Shown: in pieces, positions 40,901 through 53,500 of the stretch | Numbering within the stretch: position 1 is the stretch's first letter | Layout of the letters: every line of letters begins with the position of its first letter | Assembly (NCBI RefSeq): GCF_963921235.1 | Contig: NC_086108.1 | Span: 3,348,001 to 3,412,000 of the forward strand | Direction: 5' to 3' | Origin: Mobula hypostoma | Taxonomy: Eukaryota | Length of the DNA stretch: 64,000 bases | Position numbers and translations under genes: made by a program | The notes under the pieces: model-generated | Database searches by the model: none | Seen by the model: only the letters and a program-made list of their open reading frames with translations | What the model was told of the DNA's origin: nothing

Positions 40901-41972
40901 TGGGTCCAGAATTGGCTTGCTCACAGAAGGCAAAGAGTGGTTGTAGACGGGTCATATTCTGCATGGAGGTTGGTGACCAGTGGTGTGCCTCAGGGATCTG
41001 TTCTGGGACCCCTACTCTTTGTGATTTTTATAAATGACCTGGATGAGGAGGTGGAGGGATGGGTTCGTAAGTTTGCTAATGACACAAAGGTTGGGGGTGC
41101 TGTGTTTAGTGTGGAGGGCTGTCAGAGGTTACAGTGGAACATCGATAGAATGCAAAACTGGGCTGAGAAGTGGCAGATGGAGTTCAACCCAGATAAGTGT
41201 GAGGTGGTTCATTTTGGTAAGTCAAATGTGATGACAGAATATAGTATTAATGGTAAGACTCTTGGCAGTGTGGAGGATCAGAGGGATCTTGGGGTCCGAG
41301 TCCATAGGACACTCAAAGCTGCTGCGCAGGTTGACTCTGTGGTTAAGAAGGCATATGGTGCATTGGCCTTCATCAACCATAGGATTGAGTTTAAGAGCTG
41401 AGAGATAATGTTACAGCTTTATAGGACCCTGGTCAGACCCCACTTAGAGTACTGTGCTCAGTTCTGGTCACCTCACTACAGGAAGGATGTGGAAACCATA
41501 GAAAGGGTGCAGAGGAGATTTACAAGGATGTTGCCTGGATTGGGGAGCATGCCTTATGAGAATAGGTTGAGTGAACTCGGCCTTTTCTCCTTGGAGCGGC
41601 AGAGGATGAGAGGTGACCTGATAGAAGTGTATAAGACGATGAGAGGCATTGATAATGTGGACCGTCAGAGGCTTTTTCCCAGGGCTGAAATGGATAGTAC
41701 AATTTTAAGGTGCTTGAAAGTAGGTACAGAGGAGATGTCAGGGGTAAGTTTTTTACGCAGAGAGTGGTGAGTGTGTGGAATGGGCTGCCGGCGACGGTGG
41801 TGGAGGCAGATACGATAGGGTCTTTTAAGAGACTCCTGGACAGGTACATGAAGCTTAGAAAAATAGAGGGCTATGGGTAATCCTAGGTAATTTCTAAGTA
41901 AGTACATGTTCGGCTCAGCACTGTGGGCCGAAGGGCCTGTATTGTGCTGTAGGTTTTCTATGTTTCTATATT
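37950..41972 (+). mobile_element. Near full-length CR1 LINE, decayed: ORF1 (Zn finger, coiled coil, SGNH esterase) and ORF2 (APE + RT)
   Basis: CTGCRMW..CVKC; IGDSIVRG, CLPGARV, VHIGTND, DGLHL; VVGDLNFP, LDLVL, GDSDH; SGVPQGSVLGP, KFANDTK; CR1 tail. Multiple stops and frameshifts. Confidence 0.95.
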
Positions 41973-41978
41973 TCATCA

Positions 41979-42240
41979 TTACATGACAGAAACCTTTGTA
42001 ATATTTCTAAAGTGTAGAAATGCTGCTCTGGTCACTTTAAAATTCAAATCTGAATCGAGGATAACACCCAGATTCGTTGCGTCTGATTTTACAAGGGAAG
42101 CCAAGTTCCCAAGTTTATCAAGAAGTTCACCTCCTTTGGCTTTGGGACCAACCAAAAGTATTTCAGTTTTATTTTCATTTAGCTTTAGGAAATTATTGCT
42201 CATCCATTGGTTTATTGCGGTCGTATCAGATGTTTCAGTC
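41979..42240 (-). mobile_element. L2 LINE fragment
   Basis: WMSNNFLKLNENKTEILLVG..NLGVILDSDLNF. Confidence 0.85.
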
Positions 42241-42249
42241 TGGAGCAAT

Positions 42250-42435
42250 ACACCAGTGTCATCGTTAGCACAACACATCAGAGCGCCAGTGACCGGGGTT
42301 CAATTCCTGCCACTGCCTGTAAGGAGTTTGTTCGTTCTCCCCGTGAGTGTGTGGGTTTCCTCCCACAGTCCAAAGATGTAATGGTTGACAGGTTAATTGG
42401 TCATTGTAAATTGTCCGTGATTAGAATAGGGTTGC
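42250..42435 (+). mobile_element. tRNA-derived V-SINE (representative; others ~2110, 14590, 26860, 27210, 61255 and minus ~1440, 16660, 49860)
   Basis: B-box-like ggttcaattcc followed by the core gtaaggagtttg..ttctccccgtg..gtgggtttcctcccacagtccaaaga..ggttaattgg. Confidence 0.75.
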
Positions 42436-44937
42436 TTCACCACAGGGACATGAGAGACGTGATGATGATGTCAGGGCACACCACTATTCTTGTGGCTGGA
42501 AATTCGGTTTGCTGTTAACTGAATTAGACTTGTGGACAATTAAGTGTATTAATCTGTTATGAAAACCTGGTTGTACTTTTAATTAAGCCTGTGTAATGAC
42601 ATAATTGAAGAAATGTATCAATCAAAAGTTAGTTAATTAAGTTTTCTGTTTCACATATGTGGAGAGATGTGTAGGGTGATTGGCTTTGGTCACCCACGTG
42701 AGCACCATTTTTAAATAAATCGCTCATTGCTCAGACACCAGCTGCATGTTGCCTTTTTCATTTGCTCCTACAAATGTAAAATACTCATAGAAAAGTACAG
42801 CACTGACACAGGCACTTTGTCCATGCTGAACCATTTAAACAGCCTACTCCCATCGACCCACCCCAGGACCATAGCCCTCCATATCCTTCCCATCCATCTA
42901 CCTAACAGAGTCATAACAAAGTCAGAAAAAGTTGGAAATACTCAGGAGGCCAGACTGCATCTGTGGGAAGAACAGAGCTAGCATCTCAGGCTAAAGTTCC
43001 TTTGTTAGAACTCGGAAGCAGAGAGAAGTTTGAAGTTCAAAGTAAATTTATTATCAAAGTACGTACAGTATGTCCCCATATACAACCCTGAGATTCATTT
43101 TCCTGCAGGTATTCACAGTAGAACAAAGAAATACAACGGAATCAATGAAAAACTACACACAAAGACTGACAAACACCCAATATGCAAAAGATAGTCAGAT
43201 AGATGATGATGATTATGAAGACACGTAGTCCTCTTTTATTGTCATTTAGTACTGCATGCATTAAGAAATGATACATTATTTCCTCCGGTGTAATATCACA
43301 AAAAACAGGACAGACCAAGACTGAAAAAACTGACAAAACCACATAATTACAACATATAGTTGCAACAGTGCACAATACCATGACTTGATGAAGAAGTCCA
43401 TGAGCACAGTAAAAGTTCAAAGTTTCTCAAATGTCCCACATCTCACGCAGATGGGAGAAGGAAGAAAAACTCTCCCTGCCATGCCCGACCACAATCCGAC
43501 TCTGAGTCATCTGAAAACTTCGAGCTCTGATCAGCTCTCCGACACTGAGTACTGAGCGCCATCTCTGTCCGAACGATTCGACCTCCTTCTCGGTCGCCAA
43601 AAGCAGGCAAGGCCGGGGATTTTGAGGCCTCCCGATAAGACTGAGAATGAGTTGTCGAATTCTCGAAAGTGAGTCCGTAGGTTGCGGGATCAATTCAGTG
43701 TTGGGGTGGGTGACATCGTTCACGCTAGTTCAGGACCCTAATAGTTGAAGGGTACTAACTGTTCCTGAACCTGGTGTCAACGGGCAATTTCCCTCCACAG
43801 ATGCTGTCTAACCCACTGAGTTCCTCTGGCATTTTTTGGGAAGAAGCTCACAGGCAGGCTCCTCGAACCCCGCCATAAGGCTCTTTACCCTCCTGGAGAC
43901 ACAAGAGACTGCAGCTGCTGGAACTGGAACAAAGTCAAACTGCTGGAGGGACTCAGCAGGTCAGACAGCATCTGTGAAGGGATTCAAAGATCCAAAGAAC
44001 ATTTATGATGAAAGTATGCATGTAGTATACAACCCTGAGATTTATCTTCCCCACAGACAGGCACAAAACAAAGAAGGAAGATGGAACCACACCGTTCAAA
44101 GAAAAGCATCAGACATCAGACTGCCACGCACAAAAAAAATTGTGCAAATGGCAACAAAAAAAGCAAGATAAAGCACAGAATATAGAACACAAAATCAAAA
44201 GGCATATTTTAGTACAGCTCAGCTCAGCGATTTTTATCTGCAGGCTGCCCAATTCAAAACGGACATTCAACGTTTTGGGTCGTGACCTTTCACCTGGAAG
44301 TCCTGAAACTCTGATGGTCCATTGCCCTCCACAGACGCTGCCTGACCAGCTAGCTTCCTCCAGCAGATGCTCTTTTGTCCGCTTTCCATTTCTGACTAAG
44401 TATCTTTAACCTGATATGTTAGCTCTGACCCTTTTCCAACAGACACCGCCCAACCTGCTCAGATCTCTCAGCATTTTCTGTTTTTATTTTAGATCTCCAA
44501 CATCCTCAGTTATTTTGCTTCCATGGGTAAACAACCGATGCAGGGATCATCATCGTTATGTGCCGTGCTGTATGGTGTGGGCAATCCTGGCCTTCCGTCT
44601 GTCTTTAACCTGACCGTTGTCTGTGGGGAAGACACCCTTCACGCTGTTGTTCTTACTCCTTTCTCTATCCATGACCAGGGTTGTTCTTGGCAAGTTTTTC
44701 TACAGTACTGGTTTGCCATTTCCTTCTTCTGGGCAGTGTCTTTACAAGATGGGTGACCCCAGACATTATCAATACTCTTCAGAGACTGTTCGCCTGGCAC
44801 TTTGCTCAAGGGTGACCTGTAGGCTAGCAGAGGGAATGAATGCCTTGGGTAGACACTTGTCTCCACCTGGACACCAAAAATGCATGGAGTTCAAAGGCCC
44901 CAACTAAATTTATTAAGAAGATATATAGTATACTTGC

Positions 44938-44995
44938 CTTGAGGATAGCTTCTGGGTGGACTCATTGGACTCTTTCCTGCGTTGAAGCATCTGTC
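44938..44995 (-). CDS. Candidate internal exon of the same unidentified gene, GC-AG donor
   Basis: tctctttctacag|GACAGATG...CTCAAG|gcaagt; 58 nt. Spliced to the TM exon it reads (R)TDASTQERVQ*. Confidence 0.5.
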
Positions 44996-45551
44996 CTGTA
45001 GAAAGAGACTGAGTGAGAATGACTGTGTCAACTAACATGCCACTTTACCATTATGTGAGATGAGGAATTGCTGTGTGCTTGTTCTTGCAGAAACATGGCT
45101 AAAGAACAACATCCATGCACCATCAAACTACAGGCCATGACACCCAGGGACTTAGGCTATATTTTTTGCATCACTGTATGTAACTATATGTGCCTTGTGC
45201 TATGTGTGTTTTGCATCTTAGACCCAAAGTAATGTTGTTTAGTTTGACTGTATTCATACGTAGGTTGAATGACAATCGAACTTGAAATTGAACATCCGCA
45301 TCCACATGGTCCATATCTCTTAATTCCATTGCCCATTGATCTGTCTAAATTCCTCTTAAAATATTGCTATTGCATGGCCTCCTCTTGTGTCAAGATGATA
45401 TTCTGTCTGGGTAGCCTCCAACCTGATGGCATGAACATCGATTTCTCCTTACGGTAAAAAAAATTCTTCATCCTCCTATTCCCCACTCTGGCCTCTTATC
45501 TCTTCTTACCTGACTATTTCCTCCCCTCTGGTCTCCCTTCTGTTTCTCCTA

Positions 45552-48500
45552 AAGTGCCTATAAAAAGTATTCACCCCCTTGGAAGTTCTGATGTTTTATT
45601 GTTTTACAACACTGAATCATGGTGGATTTAATTAGCTTTTTTTGAACTGATCAACAGAAAAAGACTCTTTCGTGTCAAGGTGAAAACAGATCTCTACAAA
45701 GTGATCTAAATTAATTACAACTACAAAACACAAAATAATTGATTGCTTAAGTATTCACACCCTTCAAATCAGTATTTAGTAGATACACCTTTGGCAACAA
45801 TTACAGTCTGTGTGGATAGGTCTCCACCAGCTTTGCACATCTGGACACTGCAATTTTTCCCCATTCTTCTTTACAAAACTGCTCAAGCTCAGATTGCATG
45901 GGGATCATGAGTGAGCAAACCTTTTTAAGTCCAACCACAAATTCTCAATTGAATTGAGGTCTGGACTCTGACTTAGCCATTATAGGACATTAATTTTGTT
46001 ATTTTTAAGCCATTCCTGTGAAGCTTTGGCTTTTTGCTTGGGGTCATTGTCTTGCTGGAAAACAAATCTTCTCCCAATTCGCAGTTCTCTTGCAGACTGA
46101 ATCAGGTTTTCCTCCAGGATTTCCCTGTATTTTACTGCATTCATTTTACCCTCTACCTTCACAAGCCTTCCAGGGCCTGCTGCAGTGAAGCATCCCCACA
46201 GAATGATGCAGCCACCACCATGCTTCATGGTAGGGATGGTGTGTTTTTGATGATATGCAGTGTTTGGCTTACTCCAAACATAGCGTTTAGTCTGATGACC
46301 AAAAAGCTCAATTTTGGTTTCATCAGACCATAGAACCTTCTTCCAGCTGACTTCAGAGTCTCCCCCATGCCTTCTGGCAAACTCTAGCTGAGATTTCATG
46401 TTGAGTTTTTTTCCCAACAGTGGCTTTCTCTTTGCCACCCTCCCATAAAGCTGTGACTGGTGAAGCAACTGGGTAACAATTGTTGTATGCGCAGTCTCTC
46501 CCATCTCAGCCACTGAAGCTTGTAACTCCTTCATAAGCCTCCCTCACTAGTCCCTTCTTGCACGGTCGGTCACTCAGTTTTTGAGGACGGCCTGCTCTAG
46601 GCAGATTTACAGCTGAGCCATATTCTTTCCATTTCTTGATGATTGACTGAACTGTACTCCAAGGGATATTCAGTGACTTGGAAATTTTCTTGTATCCATC
46701 TCCTGACTTGTGCTTTTCAGTAACCTTTCACAGTGTTGCTTGGAGTGTTCTTTTGTCTTTATGGTGTTGTTTTTGCCAGGATACTGACTCACCAGCAGTT
46801 GGATTTTCCAGATACAGGTGTATTTTCACTACTATCAATTGAAACACCTTGACTGCACTCGTTGATCTCTGTTTAACTAATTATGTGACTTCTAAAACCA
46901 ATGGCTGCACCAGTCACAAACAAGAGAAAATCTGCAGATGTTGGAAATGAAGAAATGTACACAAAATGCTGGAGGAACTCAGCATGCTGGGTAGCATCCA
47001 TGGAAAAGAGAACAGTCGATGTTTGGGGCCGAGACCCTTCATCAGGACTGGGGAGAAAAAGATGAGGAGTCTGCATTAGAAGGTGGCGGAGGGGAGGAAG
47101 AAACAGAAGGTGATAGGTGACAGGAGGGGTGAAGTAAAGAGCTGGGAAGTCGATTGGTGAAAGAAATACAGGGCTGGAGAAGGAGGAATCTGATAAGAGA
47201 GGACAGAAGGCCATTGAAGAAAGAAAAAGGGGAGGAGCACCAGAGGGAGGCAATGGGCAGGCAAGACGATAAAGTGAGAGAAGGAAAAGGGGATGAGGAA
47301 TAGAGAGGGGGAGGGCAATTACCAGAAGTTCAAGAAATTGATATTCATGCCATCAGGTTGGAGGCTACCAAAACAGAATATAGTTGTTGTTCCTCCACTC
47401 TGAGTGTGACCTCATCACGACAGTAGAGCAGGTCATGGATGGGCATATGGGAATGGGAAGTTGAATTAAAATAGGGAGATCCCACTTGTTCTGGCAATGG
47501 AGTGTAGGTGCTCAGCAAAGCGGTCTCCCAATCTACGTCAGGTCTCACCGATATACAAGAGGCCACACTGGGAGCATCAGATACAATAGACTCAGAAGTG
47601 ATGTGTTGCCTCACCTGGAATGACTGGGACCCTGAATGGTGGTGAGGGAGGAGGTGTAGGGGCAGGTGTAACACTTGTACTGCTTGCAAGGCTAAGTGCC
47701 AGGACAGAGATCAGTGGGGAAGGATGAATGGTTTAGGGACGATTTGGTGTGTCGTTCTTATTTCAAGGGGAATAGAATATACAAGCAAGGAGATAATGCT
47801 GAGCCTTTATAAGACACTAGTCAGGCTGCACTTGGAGTGTTGTCAACAGTTTTGGGCACCATATCTCAGAAAGGATGTGTTGTCATTGGACAGAGTCCAG
47901 AGGATGATTCCGGGAATGAAGGGGTTAATATATGAGGAGCATTTCACAGCTTTGGGCCTGTACTCACTGGAATTTAGAAGAATGTGGTGGGGGGTGGTGG
48001 AGTCTCATTGATACCCACCAAACGTTGAAAGGAGTAGATACGATGGGTGTGGAAAGGATGTTTCCTCTGGTGGGGGCATCTAGAACTAGAGCGCACAGCC
48101 TCAAAACTGAGGGGCGGCCTTTTAGAACAGAAGTAAGGAGGAATTTTTTTAGCCAGAGTAGTGAATCTGTGGAATGCTCTGCCACAGACTGCGGTGGAGG
48201 TCAACTCCATGGCTATATCTAAGGCAGGAGTTGATAGTTTCCTGATCAGTCAGGGCATCAAAGGACATGGCGAGAAGGCAGGTGTGTGGAGTTGAGAGCG
48301 GGATCTGGGATCAGCCATGATGGACTGGAGGAGCTCACTCAATGGGCTGAATGGCCTACTTCTGCCCCGATGACTTATGGTCTAATTAAAGGGGGTGAAT
48401 ACTTGCGCAATCAATTATTTTGTGTTTTATATTTGTAATAAATTTAGATCGCTTTGTAAAGATTGGTTTTCACTTTGACATGATAGAGCCTTACTCTGTT

Positions 48501-48591
48501 GATCGGTATCAAAAAAGCCAAATTAAATCCACTGTGATTCAATGTTGTAAAACAATAAAACAAGGGGGGTGAACACTTTTTATAGGCACTC
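45552..48591 (-). mobile_element. Full-length Tc1 transposon carrying nested Penelope (~46915-47730) and CR1 (~47760-48385) insertions
   Basis: TA-flanked TIRs (a)agtgcctataaaaagtattcacccc / ggggtgaacactttttataggcact; 184-aa open transposase segment WSDETKIELFG..FQQDNDPK. Confidence 0.93.
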
Positions 48592-48715
48592 TATGGTCCA
48601 CTCTCCTCTCCTATCACACTGCTTCTTCGCCAGTCCTTTCCCTTTCCCTTTCCCACCCATCCACTCCCCCCCCCCCAACCAGCTTTTTATTCTGGCCTCT
48701 TTCCCTCTCCCTTTC

Positions 48716-48753
48716 CAGTCCTGATGAAGGGTCTCGGCCCGAAACGTCGACTG
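48716..48753 (+). ncRNA. Minimal type I hammerhead ribozyme motif in a Penelope-like terminal repeat
   Basis: CAGUC-CUGAUGA-A-GGGU(CUCG)GCCC-GAAAC-GUC^-GACUG: 5-bp stem I, intact core, 4-bp stem II, palindromic ACGU stem III. Predicted cleavage after 48748. Confidence 0.8.
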
Positions 48754-49140
48754 TTTATTCGTCTCCATAGATGCTGCCTGAGCTGCCCAGTGTTTGTGTG
48801 TGTTGCTCCTTACACTGTCCCCCACTTCTCTGAAACCTATTTTCACTCTGGCAAAAAATATTGCGATTGTCTACCTTACCACTGCCTCTCAAATTCTATC
48901 AGGTGTCTCCTCAGATCCTGGTGTTCAGGCAAAAACAATCCAACCTGTCCCAGCTCAGGGGGTCACAACCTGGGGCCTACACACCCCTTGCTTAATGGTA
49001 TTGGTCCAGGACATAAAAAAGGCCTGTTCTAGCCGATACTTTCTGTTCCAGGCAACATCCCAGTGACACAAGCAATCTGCTGGAGGTACGCAGCATGTAG
49101 AGCAATATCTGTGTTTGGAAAGAAATTGTCCACATTTATG

Positions 49141-49783
49141 ATTTATGATTATGAGGACACACAGTCCCTTTTTATTGTCATTTAGTAATGCATGCATTAA
49201 GAAATGATAAAAATGTTTTTCCAGAATGATATCACGAAAACACATGACAAACCGACAAGAACTAACAAAAACCACATAATTATAACATATAGTTACAACA
49301 GTGCAAAGCAATACCGTAATTTGATAAGAACAGACCATAGCACAGTGAAGTCTCAAAGTCTCTCGAAAGTCCCATCATCTCACACAGACGGTGAACCTCC
49401 AGCTCCGCCAACTTGCCGATGCAGCATCCCGGAAGCATCCGACCACAGTCCGACTCCCAGTCAGTCCGAAAAACTCCGAGCCTCCAACCACCTATTCGAC
49501 ACTGAGCACCGAGCACCATCTCTGCCGAGCGCTTCGACCCCGGCCCGGCAACAGGTGATAGGCAAAGCCAAGGATTTGGGCCCTTCGTCTCCAGAGATTC
49601 TCCATCGCACAGTAGCAGCGGCAGCGAAGCGGGCATTTCAGAAGTTACTCCAGATGTTTCTCTGCGCTTCTCACGGCTGTCTCCATCAAATCCGGATTGT
49701 GCACGGCCCCCTAGTTACATATATCGATATTCATTCGGAACAGCCGCGCGCGTTGCGTCACGCCGCCATCTTCTCTTCCCTCC
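49141..49783 (-). mobile_element. Non-autonomous LINE-derived retroposon with AAGATGGCGGCG 5' end (truncated relative at ~43203-43630)
   Basis: Two homologous copies in the window; (atc/atcata)n tail after aataaaa; CpG-rich 5' end. Confidence 0.7.
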
Positions 49784-50559
49784 TTTTGACGTTAAATCGT
49801 ACGTCAGAGAATGGTGAGGGGCAATGACCAATATAAAGTTATTTATTTATTGAGATAGAGTTCGGGCCGATCCTTCCGGCCTTTCGAGCCACTCTGCCCA
49901 GCAATCCCCCAATTTAATCCTGGCCTAATCGTGGGATAATTTACCCGGAGGAAGCCCACAGGGAGAATGTACAAATTCCTTACATACAGAGGCAGGAATT
50001 GAACCCAGGTCACTGTGCTAACACTACACTACCATGCCACCCCTCGGTACAGTAGCATAAAAAGGAGAGGGAGAGGAGTGGGACAGAGGGCAGAGATGCC
50101 AAATCCACCTGCTACTTTCTCCCTGTTCCACCCTTCTCTGCTCCCATAATTGGCATAATTTGCCCATCATCTTTCACCCCTCTGCTCAGGCTCTTGTCTC
50201 ACCACTTCCCTCTCCTTTTTATATAACATATAACCATATAACAATTACAGCATGGAAACAGGCCATCTCAGCCCTTCTAGTCAACTATTATATTGGTCAA
50301 CTCCTCACTGTAGTCTCAGTCTTGGTGCAAGCTTTCATCCTGAAGCAACAACATTTCCTTCCCCCTCGACAGATGCTATTTGACCCACTGAGTTTCCCAA
50401 ACAGCAAGCAGGAGCACAAGAAGCAGCAGCAATTTCATTTAGGTCCACAGCTAGAGTTTGAAAAAGGTAGTGCTTCATGGCAGTTTTTGAAGTTGGACTG
50501 TGCCCAATCAGTGAACAGGATTCATTAGAAAGGGCAGATAAAAGTAAGGCTGGGGAAAG

Positions 50560-53500
50560 TGGAGCGGCCATTGTGTGAGTGGGCCAGTGCTGGAGTGGCT
50601 TTGGCTCATCAGGCTTCAGCAAGATCAGCCTTGGGTGGAGGCAAATAGCTGGTAAATTCCTTCTTCCTCTTTATTTGTCACTCCTGGTCAGTTAGTGCAG
50701 TGAGAATGCCTCCACGGGCTGCGTTTTGTTCTGGGTGCGAGATGTGGGAATTCTGAGAGATCTCCAGTCTCACCAAGTGTGTTGAGTTGCAACTCCTCAG
50801 AGAACATGTTAAGGAACTGCAGGTGTGGCTCAATGATCTTCAGCTCATACGGGAGAATGAGGAGGTGATGGACAGGAGCTACAGGGAAGAAGTCACTCCT
50901 ATGTTACAGGAGGCAGGTAACTGGGTGACTATCATGAGAAGGGAAGTGGGCAGCCAGTGCAGAGTGTCCTCGTGGCCATTCCCCTCAACAATAAGAATAC
51001 CACTTTGGGTATTGTTGTGGGGGATGACCTAGCAAGGGGAACGACAGTGACGGGATTTCTGGCACTGGGTCTGACGACTGCAGTGGTGATAGGAGATTGC
51101 ACAGGGAACCGCAGTGATGGGATTTTTGGCACTGGGTCTGACGACTGCAGTGGTGATAGGAGATTACACAGTCAGAGGAAGAGGCGAGATTCTGTGGCTG
51201 CGATAGAGGCACCTGGATGGTATGTTGCCTCCCTGGTGCTAGGGTCAGGGATGATTCAGGCTGGGTCCATGGCATTCGAAAGTGGGAGGGTGAGCAGCCA
51301 GAAGTCTCAGTACATATTGACACCACTGGCATAGGTAGGAAAGGTGAGGAGGTCCTGAAGAGAGAGTTTAGAGAGCTAGGTAGAAAGTTGAAAAAGCAGG
51401 ACCCCCAGGGTAGTAATCTCTGGTTTGCTGCCTGTGTCACGTGCCAGTGAGACTAAGAATAGGATGATTTGTCAGGTGAAGCATGGCTGAGGAGCTGGTG
51501 CAGGGGGCAGGAGGTTCAGGTTTCTAGATTATTGGGATGTCTTCTGGGTAAGATAAAACCTATACAAAAGGAATGGGTTACACCTGAACCCAAGGGGGAC
51601 CAAAATCCCCGCAGGCAGGTTTGCTGGAGCTTAGGATGGTTTAAACTAATTTGGCAGGGGAATGGGAACTGGAGTGATAATGCTGAGGGTGATCTAATGT
51701 GTTTACAGAGGCAATGTGTAGTGAGACTGCAGGCAAGGAGGGGTTGATGATTGGGCAAGATTGCAGTCAACGGGATGAGTTGCAATGTAAAAGGTGGACA
51801 AAATTGAAAAGGGTGATGAATACAGGACTGAAGGTGTTTTATCTGAATCCACACAGTTTATGGAATAAGGTAGATGAACTTGTATCACAGTTACAAATTG
51901 GCAGGTATGATGTTGTGAGCATTACCGAACAGAGGCTAAAAGAAGATTATAGCTGGGAGCTTAACATCTGAAGGTACACGTTGTATTGAAAGGACAGGCA
52001 GGTAGGGCGAATGGTAGGAGAAGCTGTTGGTAAAAAAAATTAAATCAGATCATTAGAAAGAGGTGACGTAGGATCAGAAGGTGTAGAATTGTGGCTAGAG
52101 CTAAGAAACTGCAAGGGTAAAAAGACCCTGAAGGGAGTTATATACAGACCTTCAAACAAAAGTAAACATGGAGTCTACAAATTATAATGAGAGCTAGTAA
52201 ATGCATGTCAAGGGGGATTTCAATATGCAGGTAGACAGGGAAAATCAGTCTGGTGTTGGATTCCAAGAAGGGGAATTTGTAGAATCCCTACAAGATGGTT
52301 TTTTAGAGCAGCTTGTGGTTGAGCCTACTAGGCGATCAGCTATTCTGGATTTGGTGTTGTGCAATGAACTGGAATTGATTAGAGAGCTTAAGGTAAAGGA
52401 ACCCTTAGGGGAGTGATCATAACATGATAAAATTCACCCTGCAGTTTGAGGAGAAGCTAAAGTCAGATGTATCAATATTACACTTAGCTGAAGGGAATTA
52501 CAGAGGTATGAGAAAAGAGGTGATCAAAATTGAATGGAAGGGAACACTAGTAGGGATAACGGCAGAGCAACAATGGCTGGAATTTCTGGGAGCATTTTGG
52601 AAGACGTAGGGTAGATGCATCCCAAAGAAGAAGTAGTATTCTAAAGGCAGGATGAGGCAACTGTGGCTGACAAGAGAAGTTAAAGACAACATAAACCCAA
52701 AGAGGGGGCGTATAATAGAGCAAAAATTAGTGGGGTGGCAACTAAAAAAGTCATAAAGATGGAATACGAAGGGAAGTTAGCCAATACTATTAAAGAAGAT
52801 AACAAAAGTTTCCTCAGATACATGAAGTGTATAAGAGAGGCAAGAGTAGATATTGGTCCACTGGAAGATGATGCTAGAGAGGTAGTAATGGGGAATAAGG
52901 AAATGGTGGATAAACTGAATAAGTATTTTGCAACAGTGTTCATTGTGGAAGACACTATCAGTATGCTGGAAGTTTGAGAGTGTTGGGAGCAGAAGTGTGT
53001 GAAGTTGCCATTATTGGGGAGAAGGTGCTTGGGAAACTGAAAGGCCTGAAGGTAAGTAGTCACCTGGACCAGATGGGGTACACCCCTGAGATCTGAAAGA
53101 GGTGGCTGAAGAGATCATGGAGGCATTAGTAATGATCTTTCATAAATCAATGGATTCTAACATGGTTTCGGAGAAATGGAAATTTGCAAATAACACCCCT
53201 CTCTTCAAGAAACCAGAGAGGCAGAAGAAAGGAAATTAAAGGTCAGTTAGTCTGACCTCAGTAGCTGGGAAGTTGTTGGAGTCGATTGTTAAGGATGTGG
53301 TCTCAGAGTACTTGGAGGCACATGATAAAATAGGCTGTAGTCAGCATGGTTTCCTTAAAGGAAAATCTTGCCTGACAAATCTGTTGGAATTCTTTGAAGA
53401 AATAACAAGCAGGATAGACAGAGGAGAATCAGTTGACGTTGTGTACTTGGATTTTCAGAAGGCCTTTGACAAAGTGCCACACATGAAGCTGCTTATCAAG

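Noticed and set aside
49204..49827. 207-aa ORF
   Set aside because: Antisense read of a dispersed retroposon; the frame is not preserved in the second copy.
51043..51165. ~66-bp tandem duplication
   Set aside because: Local duplication inside a dead CR1 ORF1 with no evidence of function.
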